Below are positions 21,358-34,000 of a stretch of DNA of 64,000 nucleotides, piece by piece. Numbering within the stretch: position 1 is the stretch's first letter; the number at the start of each line of letters is the position of its first letter. A program made the translations under genes and the position numbers. Source of the stretch: an uncultured Bacilli bacterium (lineage in GTDB: Bacteria; Bacillota_I; Bacilli_A; RF39; UBA660); contig CALVSK010000001.1 in the NCBI GenBank assembly GCA_944359015.1, positions 3,139 through 67,138 of the forward strand, read 5' to 3'. The notes beneath the pieces are model-generated. The model saw nothing but the letters and a program-made list of their open reading frames with translations, ran no database searches and was not told where the DNA came from.

Positions 21358-21726
21358 ATGGCAAAATTAAATAAGGAAGATTTTATAAGTGCTTTAAAAG
21401 AAATGACAATTCTTGAAGTAAAAGAATTAGTTGATGCAATGAAAGAAGAATTTGGTGTTGATCCAATGGCAGTTGCAGTAGCAGCAGCTCCAGCAGCAGG
21501 TGCAGTTGAAGAAGGACCTTCAACAAAAACTGTAGTATTAAAATCTGCTGGAGGAAACAAAATAGCAGTTATAAAAATAATTAAAGAAATTACTGGCTTA
21601 GGATTAGTTGAAGCAAAAGCTGTAGCAGACAATGGTGGAAACTTAAAAGAAAACATTCCTGCTGAAGAAGCTGAAGCTATTAAAACTCAATTAACAGAAG
21701 CTGGAGCAGAAGTAGAATTAGTTTAA
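21358..21726 (+). CDS. rplL: 50S ribosomal protein L7/L12
   Basis: 122 aa; Ala-rich hinge, conserved C-terminal domain (GLGLVEAKA.., EAGAEVEL). Confidence 0.95.
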   Translation: MAKLNKEDFISALKEMTILEVKELVDAMKEEFGVDPMAVAVAAAPAAGAVEEGPSTKTVVLKSAGGNKIAVIKIIKEITGLGLVEAKAVADNGGNLKENIPAEEAEAIKTQLTEAGAEVELV

Positions 21727-21732
21727 TCTTAT

Positions 21733-21770
21733 AACATTAGTGTTTAAAACATTAATGTTTTTTTGTGAAA
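21733..21770 (+). terminator. intrinsic terminator after rplL
   Basis: Hairpin AACATTAGTGTTTAAAACATTAATGTT followed by TTTTTTG. Confidence 0.5.
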
Positions 21771-21913
21771 AAATATAATTAAATAAAAAATATTAATATA
21801 TTAGCATAAAATATTAATAACCCAGTATATAAAATATAAACAATAAAATTTGACAATAAGATAAATAACATATATAATATCTAAACAAAGTGCTTTTTAA
21901 AAGAGGGGATAAA

Positions 21914-22033
21914 ATGAAAAAATTAAATAATAAAGGATGGGGATTAGCAGAAATGTTAATTCTAAGTGGCAGTTTATTATTAGCGCTATTAGTAGCAATA
22001 TATTTTATTTATCAATTATACAATAGTTTTTAA
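21914..22033 (+). CDS. small hydrophobic protein (39 aa) with type IV prepilin-like N-terminus
   Basis: Strong RBS AGAGGGG 7 nt upstream of ATG; MKKLNNKG|WGLAEMLIL.. resembles class III (prepilin) signal: basic leader, Gly, Glu at +5, hydrophobic helix. Confidence 0.3.
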   Translation: MKKLNNKGWGLAEMLILSGSLLLALLVAIYFIYQLYNSF

Positions 22034-22050
22034 TAAAAAATAGTTGGAGA

Positions 22051-22080
22051 TTTTACTTGACAAAAAAGCCAACTTAGTGA
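22051..22080 (+). promoter_or_regulatory. sigma-A type promoter for rpsL-rpsG-fusA-tuf (TTGACA-18-TATATT), followed by perfect palindrome GGTTCTACCTAGGTAGAACC at 22096-22115
   Basis: Consensus -35, good -10; 20-bp palindrome in 5'UTR. Confidence 0.5.
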
Positions 22081-22179
22081 TATATTATTAGTGCATTTAA
22101 AACGGGTTCTACCTAGGTAGAACCTAGTTTAAAAGAAAAAACGATACACCAGGATGTGTGTTAATGAAAGGAGGGTATT

Positions 22180-22593
22180 ATGCCTACAATAAATCAACTT
22201 GTAAAAAAGAATCGTAGTAAAAAAGAAAAGAAAAGTAAAAGCCCTGTTTTAAATGTTGGATATAATACTTTAGAAAAAAAGCAAACAGATGCAAAAAGTC
22301 CACAAAAAAGAGGAGTTTGTACAAAAGTAGCAACAAGAACACCAAAAAAACCGAATTCGGCATTAAGAAAATTTGCTCGTGTTAGATTATCTAACGGTAA
22401 AGAAATCGATGCATATATTCCAGGTGAAGGACACAATTTACAAGAACATAGTGTAGTATTAGTTCGTGGCGGACGTGTTAAAGATTTAATCGGAGTTCGT
22501 TATCACATTGTGCGTGGAACTTTAGATACACATGGCGTACAAGATAGAAAACAAGGCCGTAGTAAATACGGAACAAAAAAAGATAAAAAATAA
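22180..22593 (+). CDS. rpsL: 30S ribosomal protein S12
   Basis: 137 aa canonical S12 ([25 protein letters not shown]-like). Confidence 0.95.
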   Translation: MPTINQLVKKNRSKKEKKSKSPVLNVGYNTLEKKQTDAKSPQKRGVCTKVATRTPKKPNSALRKFARVRLSNGKEIDAYIPGEGHNLQEHSVVLVRGGRVKDLIGVRYHIVRGTLDTHGVQDRKQGRSKYGTKKDKK

Positions 22594-22613
22594 TAGTTTA
22601 GGAGGAAGAAAAA

Positions 22614-23081
22614 ATGCGTAAAAGAAGAGCAGTAAAAAGAGATGTGCTTCCAGATCCAATATATAATTCAAAAGTTGTAACTAAACTAGTTAATCAAATA
22701 ATGACTGGTGGTAAAAAAGGAACAGCGCAAAAAATATTATATGAAGCATTTGAAATTGTTGAAAAACAAACTGGTAAGCCAGCTTTAGAAGTATATAATG
22801 CTGCTTTAGAAAACATAAAGCCAGCATTAGAAGTAAAATCTCGTCGTGTTGGTGGTTCTAATTATCAAGTTCCAGTTGAAGTAAAAGATGATAGAGCACA
22901 AACATTAGCACTACGTTGGTTAGTTAATTATGCAAGATTAAGAAATGGAAAGGGAATGGCCATTAATTTAGCAAACGAAATCATAGATGCCTCAAATGGT
23001 ACTGGTGGAGCAGTTAAAAAACGTGAAGATACTCACAGAATGGCTGAAGCAAACAAAGCATTTGCTCATTATAGATGGTGA
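22614..23081 (+). CDS. rpsG: 30S ribosomal protein S7
   Basis: 155 aa canonical S7. Confidence 0.95.
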   Translation: MRKRRAVKRDVLPDPIYNSKVVTKLVNQIMTGGKKGTAQKILYEAFEIVEKQTGKPALEVYNAALENIKPALEVKSRRVGGSNYQVPVEVKDDRAQTLALRWLVNYARLRNGKGMAINLANEIIDASNGTGGAVKKREDTHRMAEANKAFAHYRW

Positions 23082-23086
23082 AGTAA

Positions 23087-25168
23087 ATGGCAAGAGATGT
23101 ATCATTAGACAAATTAAGAAATATAGGTATTATGGCACATATTGATGCCGGTAAAACTACCACGACAGAAAGAATACTTTTCCATACAGGAAAAATACAT
23201 AAAATTGGCGAAACACATGATGGTGCTTCACAAATGGACTGGATGGAACAAGAAAAAGAAAGAGGTATAACAATCACTAGTGCAGCAACAACTGCCCATT
23301 GGAAAGGATACCGCTTAAATATTATAGATACTCCAGGACACGTAGACTTTACTGTTGAAGTATCTAGAAGTTTAAGAGTATTAGATGGAGCTGTTGCACT
23401 ATTAGATGCACAAGCAGGAGTTGAACCTCAAACAGAAACAGTATGGAGACAAGCAGACACATTTAAAGTACCAAGAATGATAATGTGTAACAAAATGGCT
23501 AAATTAGGTGCAAATTTTGCATATAGTCTTGAAACAATTTCTAAAAGACTTGGAGTAAATGCTAAGCCTATTGAATGGCCAATTGGAGCAGAATCTGAAT
23601 TCAAAGGTATAATAGATTTAGTTGGAATGAAAGCATACTTATATGATGGAAAAGAAACAGAAGATGCTCAAGAAATTCCAATCCCAGAAGAATTATTAGA
23701 TATTGCTAATGCTAAAAGAGCAGAATTAATAGAAGCGGTAGTAGAATTTGATGATAATTTAATGGAAAAATATTTAAATGGTGAAGAATTAACTGTTGAA
23801 GAAATTAAATCATTAATTAGAAAAGGAACACTAGAAGTTAAATTTTTCCCTGTATTATGTGGCGATGCATTATCTAATAAAGGGATTAAATTATTACTTG
23901 ATGCAATAATTGATTACATGCCTGCACCAACAGATGTAGCAGCAATTGAATGTATAGATAAAAATGGAAATGACATTTTACGTCATCCAAGTGATTCTGA
24001 ACCATTTACAGCAATGGCATTTAAGATAATGACTGACCCATATGTAGGAAGATTAGCATTTTTTAGAGTATATGCTGGTCATTTATCTAGCGGTTCATAC
24101 GTATTATGTACAAATGCCGCAGGAAAACAAGAAAAAGAAAGAATTGGTAGAATTCTTCAAATGCATGCTAATAACCGTAAAGAAATAACAGAAGTATATT
24201 GTGGTGAAATTGCAGCAGCAGTTGGTTTAAAATCAACAACAACAGCTGATACATTATGTGATGAAAAAAATCCTTGCATTATGAAAGGAATGGAATTCCC
24301 ATTACCAGTTATAGATGAAGCAATTGAGCCAAAATCTAAAGCTGACCAAGAAAAAATGGGAATAGCATTACAAAAACTAGCAGAAGAAGACCCAACATTT
24401 AAATATAAAACTGATCCAGAAACTGGTCAAACAGTAATAAGTGGAATGGGAGAATTACATCTAGAAGTTCAAGTAAGAAGAATGAAAGATGAATTTAACG
24501 TTGATGCAAACATTGGTCGTCCACAAGTTGCATACCGTGAAACAATTACTCAAACTGCTGAATGTGAAGGTAAGTATATTAAACAATCTGGTGGACGTGG
24601 ACAATATGGTCACGTTTGGGTAAAATTTGAACCAAATCCTGAAAAAGGATACGAATTTGTTGATGCTATAGTTGGTGGAGTTGTTCCACGTGAATATATA
24701 CCAGTAACAGATAAAGGTTTGCAAGAAGCAATGGCTGGAGGAATCTTAGCAGGTTATCCAATGGTTGATATAAAGGCTACTTTATTTGACGGTTCATACC
24801 ATGATGTAGACTCATCAGAAATGGCATTTAAAATAGCTGCAAGTATGGCATTAAAAGAAGCTAAAAATAAATGTAAACCTGTACTTTTGGAACCAATAAT
24901 GAAAGTTGAAGTAGTTATTCCAGAAGAATATATGGGTAATGTAATGGGAGATTTAACATCTCGTCGTGGTAAACCACTTGGTAATGAATCTAGAGGAAAT
25001 GCATTATCGATTAATGCAATGGTACCTTTAGCAGAAATGTTTGGTTATGCTACAACACTTCGTTCAAATACTCAAGGACGTGGAACATTTACAATGACAC
25101 TAGATCATTATGAAGAAGTTCCAAAAGGAATTGCTGAAGAAATTATTAAGAAAAACAGCATTAATTAA
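23087..25168 (+). CDS. fusA: elongation factor G
   Basis: 693 aa; G-domain motifs [21 protein letters not shown]. Confidence 0.95.
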   Translation: MARDVSLDKLRNIGIMAHIDAGKTTTTERILFHTGKIHKIGETHDGASQMDWMEQEKERGITITSAATTAHWKGYRLNIIDTPGHVDFTVEVSRSLRVLDGAVALLDAQAGVEPQTETVWRQADTFKVPRMIMCNKMAKLGANFAYSLETISKRLGVNAKPIEWPIGAESEFKGIIDLVGMKAYLYDGKETEDAQEIPIPEELLDIANAKRAELIEAVVEFDDNLMEKYLNGEELTVEEIKSLIRKGTLEVKFFPVLCGDALSNKGIKLLLDAIIDYMPAPTDVAAIECIDKNGNDILRHPSDSEPFTAMAFKIMTDPYVGRLAFFRVYAGHLSSGSYVLCTNAAGKQEKERIGRILQMHANNRKEITEVYCGEIAAAVGLKSTTTADTLCDEKNPCIMKGMEFPLPVIDEAIEPKSKADQEKMGIALQKLAEEDPTFKYKTDPETGQTVISGMGELHLEVQVRRMKDEFNVDANIGRPQVAYRETITQTAECEGKYIKQSGGRGQYGHVWVKFEPNPEKGYEFVDAIVGGVVPREYIPVTDKGLQEAMAGGILAGYPMVDIKATLFDGSYHDVDSSEMAFKIAASMALKEAKNKCKPVLLEPIMKVEVVIPEEYMGNVMGDLTSRRGKPLGNESRGNALSINAMVPLAEMFGYATTLRSNTQGRGTFTMTLDHYEEVPKGIAEEIIKKNSIN

Positions 25169-25236
25169 GAATAATACTTGAAAAAATTTCAAGCATTAGA
25201 TAAAATATAATAGTAAAGAAAAGGAGGAAATATTAT

Positions 25237-26403
25237 ATGGCAAGAGAAAAATTTGATCGTTCAAAAGAACACGTTAATATTGGTACTATCGGTCACGTAG
25301 ACCATGGTAAAACAACATTAACAGCTGCTATTACAAAATACTTTGGACAATTTGTTGATTACGCTGATATTGACAAAGCTCCAGAAGAAAGAGAAAGAGG
25401 TATAACAATTAACACTGCGCACGTAGAATATCAAACAGATAAACGTCACTATGCGCATGTTGACTGTCCAGGACACGCAGACTATGTTAAAAACATGATA
25501 ACTGGTGCTGCACAAATGGATGGTGCAATACTTGTAGTATCTGCATCTGATGGTCCAATGCCACAAACTAGAGAACATATTTTATTATCTCGTCAAGTAG
25601 GTGTGCCTAAAATTGTTGTATACATGAACAAATGTGACCAAGTGGATGATCCAGAACTATTAGATTTAGTAGAAATGGAAATCAGGGAATTATTAGGTGA
25701 ATATGGATTTGATTCTGAATGCCCAATAATTAGAGGTAGTGCATTAAAAGCATTAGAAGGTGATGAAAAAGCTGCACAAAGCATTCGTGATTTAATGGCA
25801 GCAGTAGATTCATACATTGATGCTCCAGTTCGTGAAACTGACAAACCATTCTTAATGAGTATTGAAGATGTTTTCACAATTTCTGGACGTGGAACAGTTG
25901 TTACTGGACGTGTTGAACGTGGACAATTAAAATTAAACGATGAAGTTGAAATTGTTGGTTTAAAACCTACAAAGAAAACAGTTGTTACTGGAATTGAAAT
26001 GTTTAGAAAATCATTAGACTATGCACAAGCTGGTGACAATGCAGGATGCTTACTTCGTGGAATTTCTCGTGATGAAGTAGAACGTGGACAAGTTTTAGCT
26101 AAACCAGGAAGCGTTACACCTCACACAAAATTTAAAGCAGGAGTATACGTTCTATCTAAAGAAGAAGGAGGACGTCATACACCATTCTTCTCAAATTATC
26201 GTCCACAATTCTATTTTAGAACTACAGACGTAACAGGTGTTATTGAATTACCTGAAGGTGTAGAAATGGTTATGCCTGGCGATAATGTTGACATGACAGT
26301 TGAATTAATTGCTCCAGTAGCACTTGAAAATGGAACAAAATTTTCTATCCGTGAAGGTGGAAGAACCGTTGGTGCTGGAGTTGTATCTGAAATTATTAAA
26401 TAA
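25237..26403 (+). CDS. tuf: elongation factor Tu
   Basis: [21 protein letters not shown]; canonical EF-Tu. Confidence 0.95.
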   Translation: MAREKFDRSKEHVNIGTIGHVDHGKTTLTAAITKYFGQFVDYADIDKAPEERERGITINTAHVEYQTDKRHYAHVDCPGHADYVKNMITGAAQMDGAILVVSASDGPMPQTREHILLSRQVGVPKIVVYMNKCDQVDDPELLDLVEMEIRELLGEYGFDSECPIIRGSALKALEGDEKAAQSIRDLMAAVDSYIDAPVRETDKPFLMSIEDVFTISGRGTVVTGRVERGQLKLNDEVEIVGLKPTKKTVVTGIEMFRKSLDYAQAGDNAGCLLRGISRDEVERGQVLAKPGSVTPHTKFKAGVYVLSKEEGGRHTPFFSNYRPQFYFRTTDVTGVIELPEGVEMVMPGDNVDMTVELIAPVALENGTKFSIREGGRTVGAGVVSEIIK

Positions 26404-26418
26404 TTAAAGAAACAATAA

Positions 26419-26452
26419 AACTATTAGCAAATTGCTAATAGTTTTTATTTTT
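26419..26452 (+). terminator. intrinsic terminator after tuf
   Basis: Hairpin AAACTATTAGCAAATTGCTAATAGTTT followed by TTATTTTTATT. Confidence 0.6.
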
Positions 26453-26589
26453 ATTAAATCTTTATGAAATAATAATCATAAACATAATGAAGTTAATATA
26501 AACAGACTTAAATATTTTTTATAAATTAATAATTAAATTTTTTTAATTGTTGCAAATTATTTTGATTATAAAAAGTATATTTATTAAAA

Positions 26590-27813
26590 TTATTTATTAA
26601 ACTCTTTTGCTAGTAAGCCATTTCTTTGTAAATAATTATAGGCATTATCATTAATAATTAAATCAAATTCTCCGATATATTCATAAACATCAGGATTAAA
26701 ACCGAGTTTAAATCTATTTAAACCGTGATAAACATTGTCTTTTGAAAAATCGGCAACAATTCCGTCTAAATCGGCATACTTGTAATTGTTTTTATAATTT
26801 AGTAAAATCGCAAAATATAAAAAATAATTACCAGGAAATCTTTTCATAGATTTATCAATGGCACTAAATTTAATGCTTACTCTGTTTTCGTGCTTAATTA
26901 CAAAAGCTCCAGCTATATATGTATCTATATTCAAATTAAGTTTTTTTGAAGCTTCAGCAATATCATTTTTATAGCAAAGTAAATTTTTATCAGAATTCAT
27001 TTTTGAATTTATTACGTTTGGAGTATTCATTTTTAAAATTTTTTCATTTAAAATAGAATTTTCTAACAACTCCGAATTATAATAATCTTGAGAATTAATT
27101 AAATATTGGCGATAATCAACTTTAACTAAATAAAAGTCAATGCTATTTGTTTTATTAAATAAATTATAAAGATTATAATAATAAAATTCATTTTTATTTA
27201 CATTATCTTTAATAAAATTATAAAATATTTTAATATCATCTTTATCTTTTTTCTCTAAGACTAAGCCTTTTCTAATACCTTTTTTTATTTTATTTCTTGT
27301 ATTTTTGGATAAAGACATTGCATCAAAATTTTCTAAATTTATTATAGCATTAACTCTAGGAAGCAATGCTTCAAAATTCATATTGTTTTTTAATTTTTTG
27401 TAACCACATCTAATTAAATTATTGATAATTGAATAATTTGAATTATATTCAAAATTCATAGTTTTTTTATTTAATTTAGAAATTGCAATTTCGGGATTAA
27501 TTTTAATAAAAGCAAAATTTCTTTTTTTATAATAATCTTTTATAAGGGCAGTGAAATTTTCTAAAATATATAAGTTAGAGTAATCAACTAAAAAACCACG
27601 AGGAGAGTATCCATAAAAGTAATTGCCTATTTTTTTATATAAAATCAAAGCAGCAGCAGTGATTTCGTTATTATCAAAAAGCCCAATAAATTCATAGTCA
27701 AATTTTTCTTCTGCTTTTAGCATAGCATATTCACTACTTTGATAATAATTTCCAATGACATTATTTGAAGCAAAAGCATTAAATTCCTGCACAGTTAATT
27801 CTTTAATAATCAT
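26590..27813 (-). CDS. FemAB-family peptidoglycan interpeptide-bridge aminoacyltransferase-like protein
   Basis: 407 aa; N-terminal region resembles FemX/FemA (..LTVQEFNAF..YQSSEYA..), size and predicted central coiled-coil typical of the family. Confidence 0.5.
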   Translation of the reverse strand: MIIKELTVQEFNAFASNNVIGNYYQSSEYAMLKAEEKFDYEFIGLFDNNEITAAALILYKKIGNYFYGYSPRGFLVDYSNLYILENFTALIKDYYKKRNFAFIKINPEIAISKLNKKTMNFEYNSNYSIINNLIRCGYKKLKNNMNFEALLPRVNAIINLENFDAMSLSKNTRNKIKKGIRKGLVLEKKDKDDIKIFYNFIKDNVNKNEFYYYNLYNLFNKTNSIDFYLVKVDYRQYLINSQDYYNSELLENSILNEKILKMNTPNVINSKMNSDKNLLCYKNDIAEASKKLNLNIDTYIAGAFVIKHENRVSIKFSAIDKSMKRFPGNYFLYFAILLNYKNNYKYADLDGIVADFSKDNVYHGLNRFKLGFNPDVYEYIGEFDLIINDNAYNYLQRNGLLAKEFNK

Positions 27814-27937
27814 AAAAAACCTCCTTTCACTAAAGGGTTTTCATAAGATAACATTATATCATAATTATTAAAAATATGCCATTAAAATCGTTGACATTAA
27901 TTAAATAAAATTATAATATATTAATAGGAGTGATGTT

Positions 27938-28516
27938 ATGGCAAGCCCATTTAAAAATAGTATAAGTAATGTATATAATAAAATGATAATATATTCATTA
28001 ATTACATCAATATTATCAATCATAGTAGGGTTAATACTTTTATTTTTACCAGCAGTGTCTAATAAAGTGGTAGGAATAATAGTTGGAATAGTATTTCTGA
28101 TATTTGGAGTCAACTCGATTTACAAATACTTTCATAGAGATGGTGCAAAGATATATTCCTTAAACATAGTATTTGGAGTTTTATATTCAATACTTGGTGT
28201 AGTAATTATTCTTTATCCATTTAGTGTAATGAGTTTTGTAACAATTTGTTTAGGTATATTTATGATAATTAATGGAGCAACAAAAATTAATTATGGAGTA
28301 TGGTTAAAGAAGGGAAATGAAGATGCATGGCTAGTAACATTAGCAACTGGAATATTTATAGCGGTGTTAGGGATAATGTTAGTGTTTAATCCATTTACAG
28401 CATTGACATTAACACAATTAGTTGGAGCATTTTTAATGATTACAGGAGTATTGAATTTATCTGATACAATATTATTTAAAAGAAGAGCCAAAGAAATAAT
28501 GGACATATTTTGGTAA
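27938..28516 (+). CDS. hypothetical multi-pass membrane protein (HdeD/DUF308-like repeats)
   Basis: 192 aa with 6 predicted TM helices in paired repeats. Confidence 0.4.
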   Translation: MASPFKNSISNVYNKMIIYSLITSILSIIVGLILLFLPAVSNKVVGIIVGIVFLIFGVNSIYKYFHRDGAKIYSLNIVFGVLYSILGVVIILYPFSVMSFVTICLGIFMIINGATKINYGVWLKKGNEDAWLVTLATGIFIAVLGIMLVFNPFTALTLTQLVGAFLMITGVLNLSDTILFKRRAKEIMDIFW

Positions 28517-28592
28517 AGTAAACAGTTTAAAAACTGTTTTTTTATTGATATTAAAGATTAATTTAGATATACTAAATAAAGGTGATAGTAGT

Positions 28593-29822
28593 ATGTTGAT
28601 AAAGGATATAAAGGCAAGAGAAATACTAGATAGTAGGGGAAATCCAACAGTAGAAGTAGAAATGACTTTGGATAATAACATTAGACAAATTGCGAGTGTG
28701 CCAAGTGGTGCATCAACTGGCAGCAAAGAAGCATTAGAACTTAGGGATAATAAAGAAGCAAGATATAATGGAAAAGGTGTATTGCAAGCAATAAAAAACA
28801 TTGATGAAATAATTAAACCAGCATTATTAGGTAAAAAAGCCGATCAATCAAGCATAGATAAATTGTTAATAAGTTTAGATGGAACTGAAAATAAAAGTAA
28901 ATTAGGAGCAAATGCAATTTTAGCTGTATCCCTAGCATGTTTAAAATGTTTAGCAGCATCTGAAAAAAAAGAATTATATGAATATGTTTGTAGTAAAAGT
29001 GTTTCATTGCCCATACCAATGATTAATATTATAAATGGTGGTAAACATGCCGTAAATAATTTAGATATTCAAGAATTTATGATTGTACCAGTAATTAAAC
29101 AAATGAAAGAAAGAATTAGGGCAGGTGCAGAAATATTTCATGAACTAAAAAAAATTTTAATTAAAAGCAACTATAATGTTGGCGTAGGAGATGAAGGTGG
29201 ATTTGCTCCTAATTTAAATAGTAATGAAATGGCATTAGATTTAATTATAGAAGCCATAACAAATGCTGGATACAAACCAGGAGAAGAAGTATATATTGCA
29301 TTAGATGTAGCTGCAAGTGAAATTTATGATAAAGAAAAGAGAGTTTATAATATAGATGGCAAAGAGTTAACTAGTGAGGAACTCATAAAATATTATGAAA
29401 CACTAATACATAAGTATCCGATATTAAGTATAGAAGACCCATTTTTTGAAGAAGATTTTGAAAGTTTAAAGGAATTTACTAACAGATTTGGCAATCAAAT
29501 AATGATAGTTGGAGATGATTTCTTTGTAACTAACGAAAGATATTTACAAAAAGGCATAGATATGAAAGCAGGAAATGCAATTTTATTAAAAGCCAATCAA
29601 ATTGGAACAATAACAGAAATGATAAAAACGATTTTATTAGCCAAAAAAAACAATTATAAAACTATAATTTCGCATAGGAGTGGAGAAACAGAAGATACAT
29701 TTATAGCTGATTTAGCAGTTGGATTAGCAATACCATTTATAAAAACTGGTTCCATGTCTAGAGGAGAAAGAATAGCAAAATACAATCGTTTAATAAGAAT
29801 TGAAGAAAATTTAAAAAAATAA
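28593..29822 (+). CDS. eno: enolase (phosphopyruvate hydratase)
   Basis: Canonical start [22 protein letters not shown] after RBS AAAGGTG (ORF-track start at 28545 is probably too far upstream); active-site SHRSGETED. Confidence 0.9.
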   Translation: MLIKDIKAREILDSRGNPTVEVEMTLDNNIRQIASVPSGASTGSKEALELRDNKEARYNGKGVLQAIKNIDEIIKPALLGKKADQSSIDKLLISLDGTENKSKLGANAILAVSLACLKCLAASEKKELYEYVCSKSVSLPIPMINIINGGKHAVNNLDIQEFMIVPVIKQMKERIRAGAEIFHELKKILIKSNYNVGVGDEGGFAPNLNSNEMALDLIIEAITNAGYKPGEEVYIALDVAASEIYDKEKRVYNIDGKELTSEELIKYYETLIHKYPILSIEDPFFEEDFESLKEFTNRFGNQIMIVGDDFFVTNERYLQKGIDMKAGNAILLKANQIGTITEMIKTILLAKKNNYKTIISHRSGETEDTFIADLAVGLAIPFIKTGSMSRGERIAKYNRLIRIEENLKK

Positions 29823-29867
29823 ATCAAAAAATAGTCAAAAAACAAAAACGAAAATAATATAATAGTA

Positions 29868-29990
29868 TAAAACCTTATAAAGAGTGATGGAGGGACTGGC
29901 CCGTTGAAGTCACAGCAACCTATTAATTTAGGTGCTAAAGCCGTATGATAAGGAACATTAACAAGTTTCTTAACTTGTTTTTTTTAGGTT
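29868..29990 (+). promoter_or_regulatory. SAM-I (S-box) riboswitch with terminator
   Basis: CTTATAAAGAGTGATGGAGGGACTGGCCCGTTGAAGTCACAGCAACC...GGTGCTAAAGCCGTATGATAAGG matches S-box consensus; terminator AACAAGTTTCTTAACTTGTTTTTTTT. Confidence 0.8.
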
Positions 29991-30008
29991 TTATAGGAAA
30001 GAGGAAAA

Positions 30009-31031
30009 ATGAAATATTATTCAAATGAAATAGTTTTTAGAGGACACCCAGATAAAGTGTGTGATCAAATTAGTGATGCGTTATTGGATGCATATTTAAA
30101 AAAAGATAAAAGTTCGCGTTGTGCAATTGAAGTTGCGGGAGGAAAAGGGAAAATATTTATAACCGGCGAAGTAACGAGTAAAGGCAATGTTGATATAAAA
30201 CGAGTAGTAAAAAGAGTTTTAAGAAGTGTTGGTTATAATAGTAATTACGAAATTATTGAAAATATAGGAAAGCAAAGTAAAGATATAGATTTAGGAACTA
30301 ATGAAAAAATAGGAGGCGCAGGAGATCAAGGAATGATGTTTGGATATGCTTGCAATGAAACAAAAGAGTTATTACCAAAAGCAATGGTTATTTTACAAAA
30401 ATTTAGTATGTGGTATGATAAAAAAAGACAAGAATTACCTTATTTATATTCAGATGGAAAAGCACAAATAACGGGGGAATATGACGAGTTAGACAATTTA
30501 AAAAAAATAAAATATTTTACAGTGTCTTATCAAAATGATGAACAACATAGAGAAATAACGGATAAACTTATAAAAGAAGAAATAGAAAAAATATGTAAAG
30601 AATATGAAATAGAGATTGAAAATTTTCTTATTAATCCAACAGGAAGATTTTTTGTTGGAGGCTTTGATGCCGACGCGGGATTAACAGGCAGAAAAATTGT
30701 AGTTGATACATATCAATCATTTGCCCCGGTTGGTGGTGGAGCATTTAGTGGAAAAGATCCTAGTAAAGTAGATCGTTCTGGTGCATACAAGGCAAGAGAA
30801 ATAGCCAAAAAAATTTTGAAAGAAAAAAAATTACAGTGGTGCTTAGTACAAATTAGTTATGCAATAGGTATAGAAGAGCCACTAGCAATTTATATAACTA
30901 GTAATAAGGGTAAAATAGAAGCAACAAAAAAGTTATATGAGGAATGTAAACCGAATAACATAATAAGGGATTTAAATTTATTAAATACTAATTATGAAAA
31001 AAAATCAAAGTTTGGACATTTTATAAAATAA
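30009..31031 (+). CDS. metK: S-adenosylmethionine synthetase (short 340-aa form)
   Basis: GHPDKVCDQISDALLDA N-terminal motif, GGGAFSGKDPSKVDRSGAYKAR motif; downstream of S-box. Confidence 0.8.
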   Translation: MKYYSNEIVFRGHPDKVCDQISDALLDAYLKKDKSSRCAIEVAGGKGKIFITGEVTSKGNVDIKRVVKRVLRSVGYNSNYEIIENIGKQSKDIDLGTNEKIGGAGDQGMMFGYACNETKELLPKAMVILQKFSMWYDKKRQELPYLYSDGKAQITGEYDELDNLKKIKYFTVSYQNDEQHREITDKLIKEEIEKICKEYEIEIENFLINPTGRFFVGGFDADAGLTGRKIVVDTYQSFAPVGGGAFSGKDPSKVDRSGAYKAREIAKKILKEKKLQWCLVQISYAIGIEEPLAIYITSNKGKIEATKKLYEECKPNNIIRDLNLLNTNYEKKSKFGHFIK

Positions 31032-31097
31032 GTAATGAACTTGTAGTTTAAAAAAATAAACATTTAGGTTATAATTAATATAATCGGAGATGATAAA

Positions 31098-34000
31098 ATG
31101 AAAAAAATAGTTGATGGAAATACAGCATGTAGTCAAATAGCATATTACTTTAGTGAAGTTTGTAGTATATATCCCATAACCCCATCTAGTCCTATGGCAG
31201 CGAACATAGATAATTTAACAAGTACAAATTTGCTAAATATATTTAATGATAAACCTAAAGTTATTGAAATGGAGTCAGAAGCTGGAGCAGCTGGAGCAAT
31301 GCATGGAGCACTTATTTCAGGCAGTTTAGCATCAACATTTACAGCTAGTCAAGGTTTACTGCTTATGATTCCAAATATGTACAAAATGGCTGGAGAAATG
31401 CTACCAGGAGTTATCCATGTAGCTTCAAGAAGTTTAGCAACGCATGCATTATCAATTTTTGGAGATCATCAAGACATATATGCAACGAGAGCAACTGGAT
31501 TTTGTATGTTAGCTTCAACAAGTGTGCAAGATGCTCAAAATTTAGCAGCAGTAGCCCATTTATCAGCAATAAAGGGTAGTTTGCCATTCCTTCATTTTTT
31601 TGATGGATTTAGAACTAGTCATGAATTAAATACAATTGAAGAAATGCCAGAAGAAGAATTATTAAAATTAGTTGATTACAACAAAATAAATGAATTTAAG
31701 AAAAGGGCGTTAAATATAAATAATAAGTATCAATATGGAATGTCACAAAATGAAGATATTTATTTTCAATGCACTGAAGCAAGAAATAAATATTATGAGG
31801 TAATGCCAGACATAGTAAATGAATACATGTTAAAAATTAATGAAATAATGAAAACAGATTATAAACCGTTCAATTACTATGGAAGTGCAACCGCTAGAAA
31901 TATAATTGTAGCAATGGGGAGTATAAATGATACAATAAAACAAGTTATAAATAAAATTCCAGATGTAGGTTTAATAGAAGTACATTTATATCGTCCATTT
32001 AGTAGCAAATATTTTTTAGAAGTATTACCAAAAACAGTAAAAAATATAGCAGTATTAGATAGAACCAAAGAAATTGGAGCAACCGGAGAACCACTATACT
32101 TAGATGTATGTAGTGTATTAAAAAATCAAAATATAAATATATACGGCGGTAGATATGGTCTTTCAAGTAAGAATACGACTCCAGCTGATATATACAGTGT
32201 ATATAAAATGCTAGAAGAAAAACCAGTTAATAATTTTACAATTGGGATTAATGATGATGTTACAAACTTAAGTTTACCAACGGTTGAATTTAAAATAGAA
32301 AGTAAAAATAAAGAAATTTTAATATATGGTTTTGGTTCAGATGGCATGGTTAGTGCTAGTAAAGATTTATTAAAAATAGTTCATGAAAAATTAAATAAAT
32401 TTGTTCAAGGTTATTTTCAATACGATTCTAAAAAAAGTGGTGGGGTTACAGTATCAAATTTAAGATATGGTGATAAAGAAATAAAAGAACCATATTATGT
32501 AAATAATCCAAAGATAATTGTTATAACCAAAGACATTTATTTTAAAATGTTTGAAATGGTTGATAATATAGAAGAAAATGGAATAATATTGATTAATACT
32601 ATTAAAAGTAAAGATGAACTATTAAAATTGTTACCAAATAGCGCAAAGAAAACTATTATTACTAAAAAAGTAAAAGTATATTTTATTAATGCTGAAGACA
32701 TAACTTTAAAAAATAAAATACCAGGTAAAATAAGTAAAATAATGGAAGTATTAATATTAAATTTATTAAATGTAGAAAATTCAATAAAAATAGTAGAAGA
32801 AAGCATTAAAAAAAGTTTTGCCACTAAGGGAGAAAGCGTAATTAATAGTAATATAGCATCTATTAATGATGCCATAAACAAACTACAAACATTAGAAATT
32901 AATGAATATCATGAAGAAACAATAAAAATAATTGACAATGATGTAGTAACAATGATTAATAAAAGATTAGGAGATAAAATCCCGGTAAGTGAACTAGTAG
33001 ATTATGCTTATGGAAAATTTGCGTGTGGGACTAGCGCAACTGAAAAAAGAAATATTTCAAATATTATACCATTTTGGAATAAAGAAAATTGTATTCAATG
33101 TGGAATGTGTAGTTTAGTTTGTCCTCATGCAGTAATTAGAACAATAACATCTGAAGATAAGACAAAAGGAATACCATTTGCTGGTAAGGACAATTTAAGG
33201 TATATAGTTGAAATAAATGAAGAAGATTGTACTGGCTGTGGTTTATGTGCCAATATATGTCCAGGAAAAATTGGTAATAAAGCATTAGAAATGAAAGAAA
33301 CTACTAAGAAAAACAAAAAAGAAGAAAATGAATATAAAATTGAAAATCCATTAAATAAATATACAATAAAGGGAAGTCAACTAGAAAAACCTTTATTTGA
33401 ATTTAGTGGTGCATGTGCAGGATGTGGAGAAACTCCGTATATAAAATTATTAACACAACTAGTAGGCGAAAAATTAGTAATAGCTAATGCTACAGGCTGT
33501 TCAAGCATATATGGCGGAAGTGTACCATCAACGCCATATTTAATTCCATGGGCTAACTCTTTATTTGAAGATAATGCCGAATTTGCTTATGGAATATACA
33601 CATCATATCAACAAAAAAGAGAAAGAATAGAAAACTTAATAATACAAACTATTGACTCAGTAGATGGAGAAGTAAAAAGTTTATATGAAGAATGGCTTAA
33701 TAATAAAGAAAATTATGACATAACTAAAAAAGTTGCAAAAGAACTAAAAAATAAAACGATTCCTAAAGAGTTAAGTGATTTAATTGATTACGTACCAGCA
33801 AGAAGTGTTTGGGCAATTGGTGGAGACGGTTGGGCTTATGATATAGGCTTTGGAGGCTTAGACCATGTACTTCATAGTAATGAAAATATAAAAATACTAG
33901 TATTAGATACAGAAGTGTATTCTAATACCGGTGGACAAGCAAGTAAATCTACAAAACTTGGAGCAGTAGCTGAATTTGCCAATTTTGGAAAGAAAACAAT

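Noticed and set aside
20952-21656. 234-aa minus-strand ORF spanning rplJ-rplL
   Set aside because: Antisense to two canonical ribosomal protein genes. Ala-rich artefact of the rplL Ala codons.
22096-22115. 20-bp perfect palindrome in rpsL 5'UTR as a possible transposon end or att site
   Set aside because: It is a single copy inside the leader of a core operon. More plausibly an RNA hairpin or operator than a mobile-element boundary.
28545-28592. N-terminal 16-codon extension of enolase in the ORF track ([16 protein letters not shown])
   Set aside because: Canonical enolase starts at [22 protein letters not shown], which has its own RBS. The upstream Met is probably spurious.
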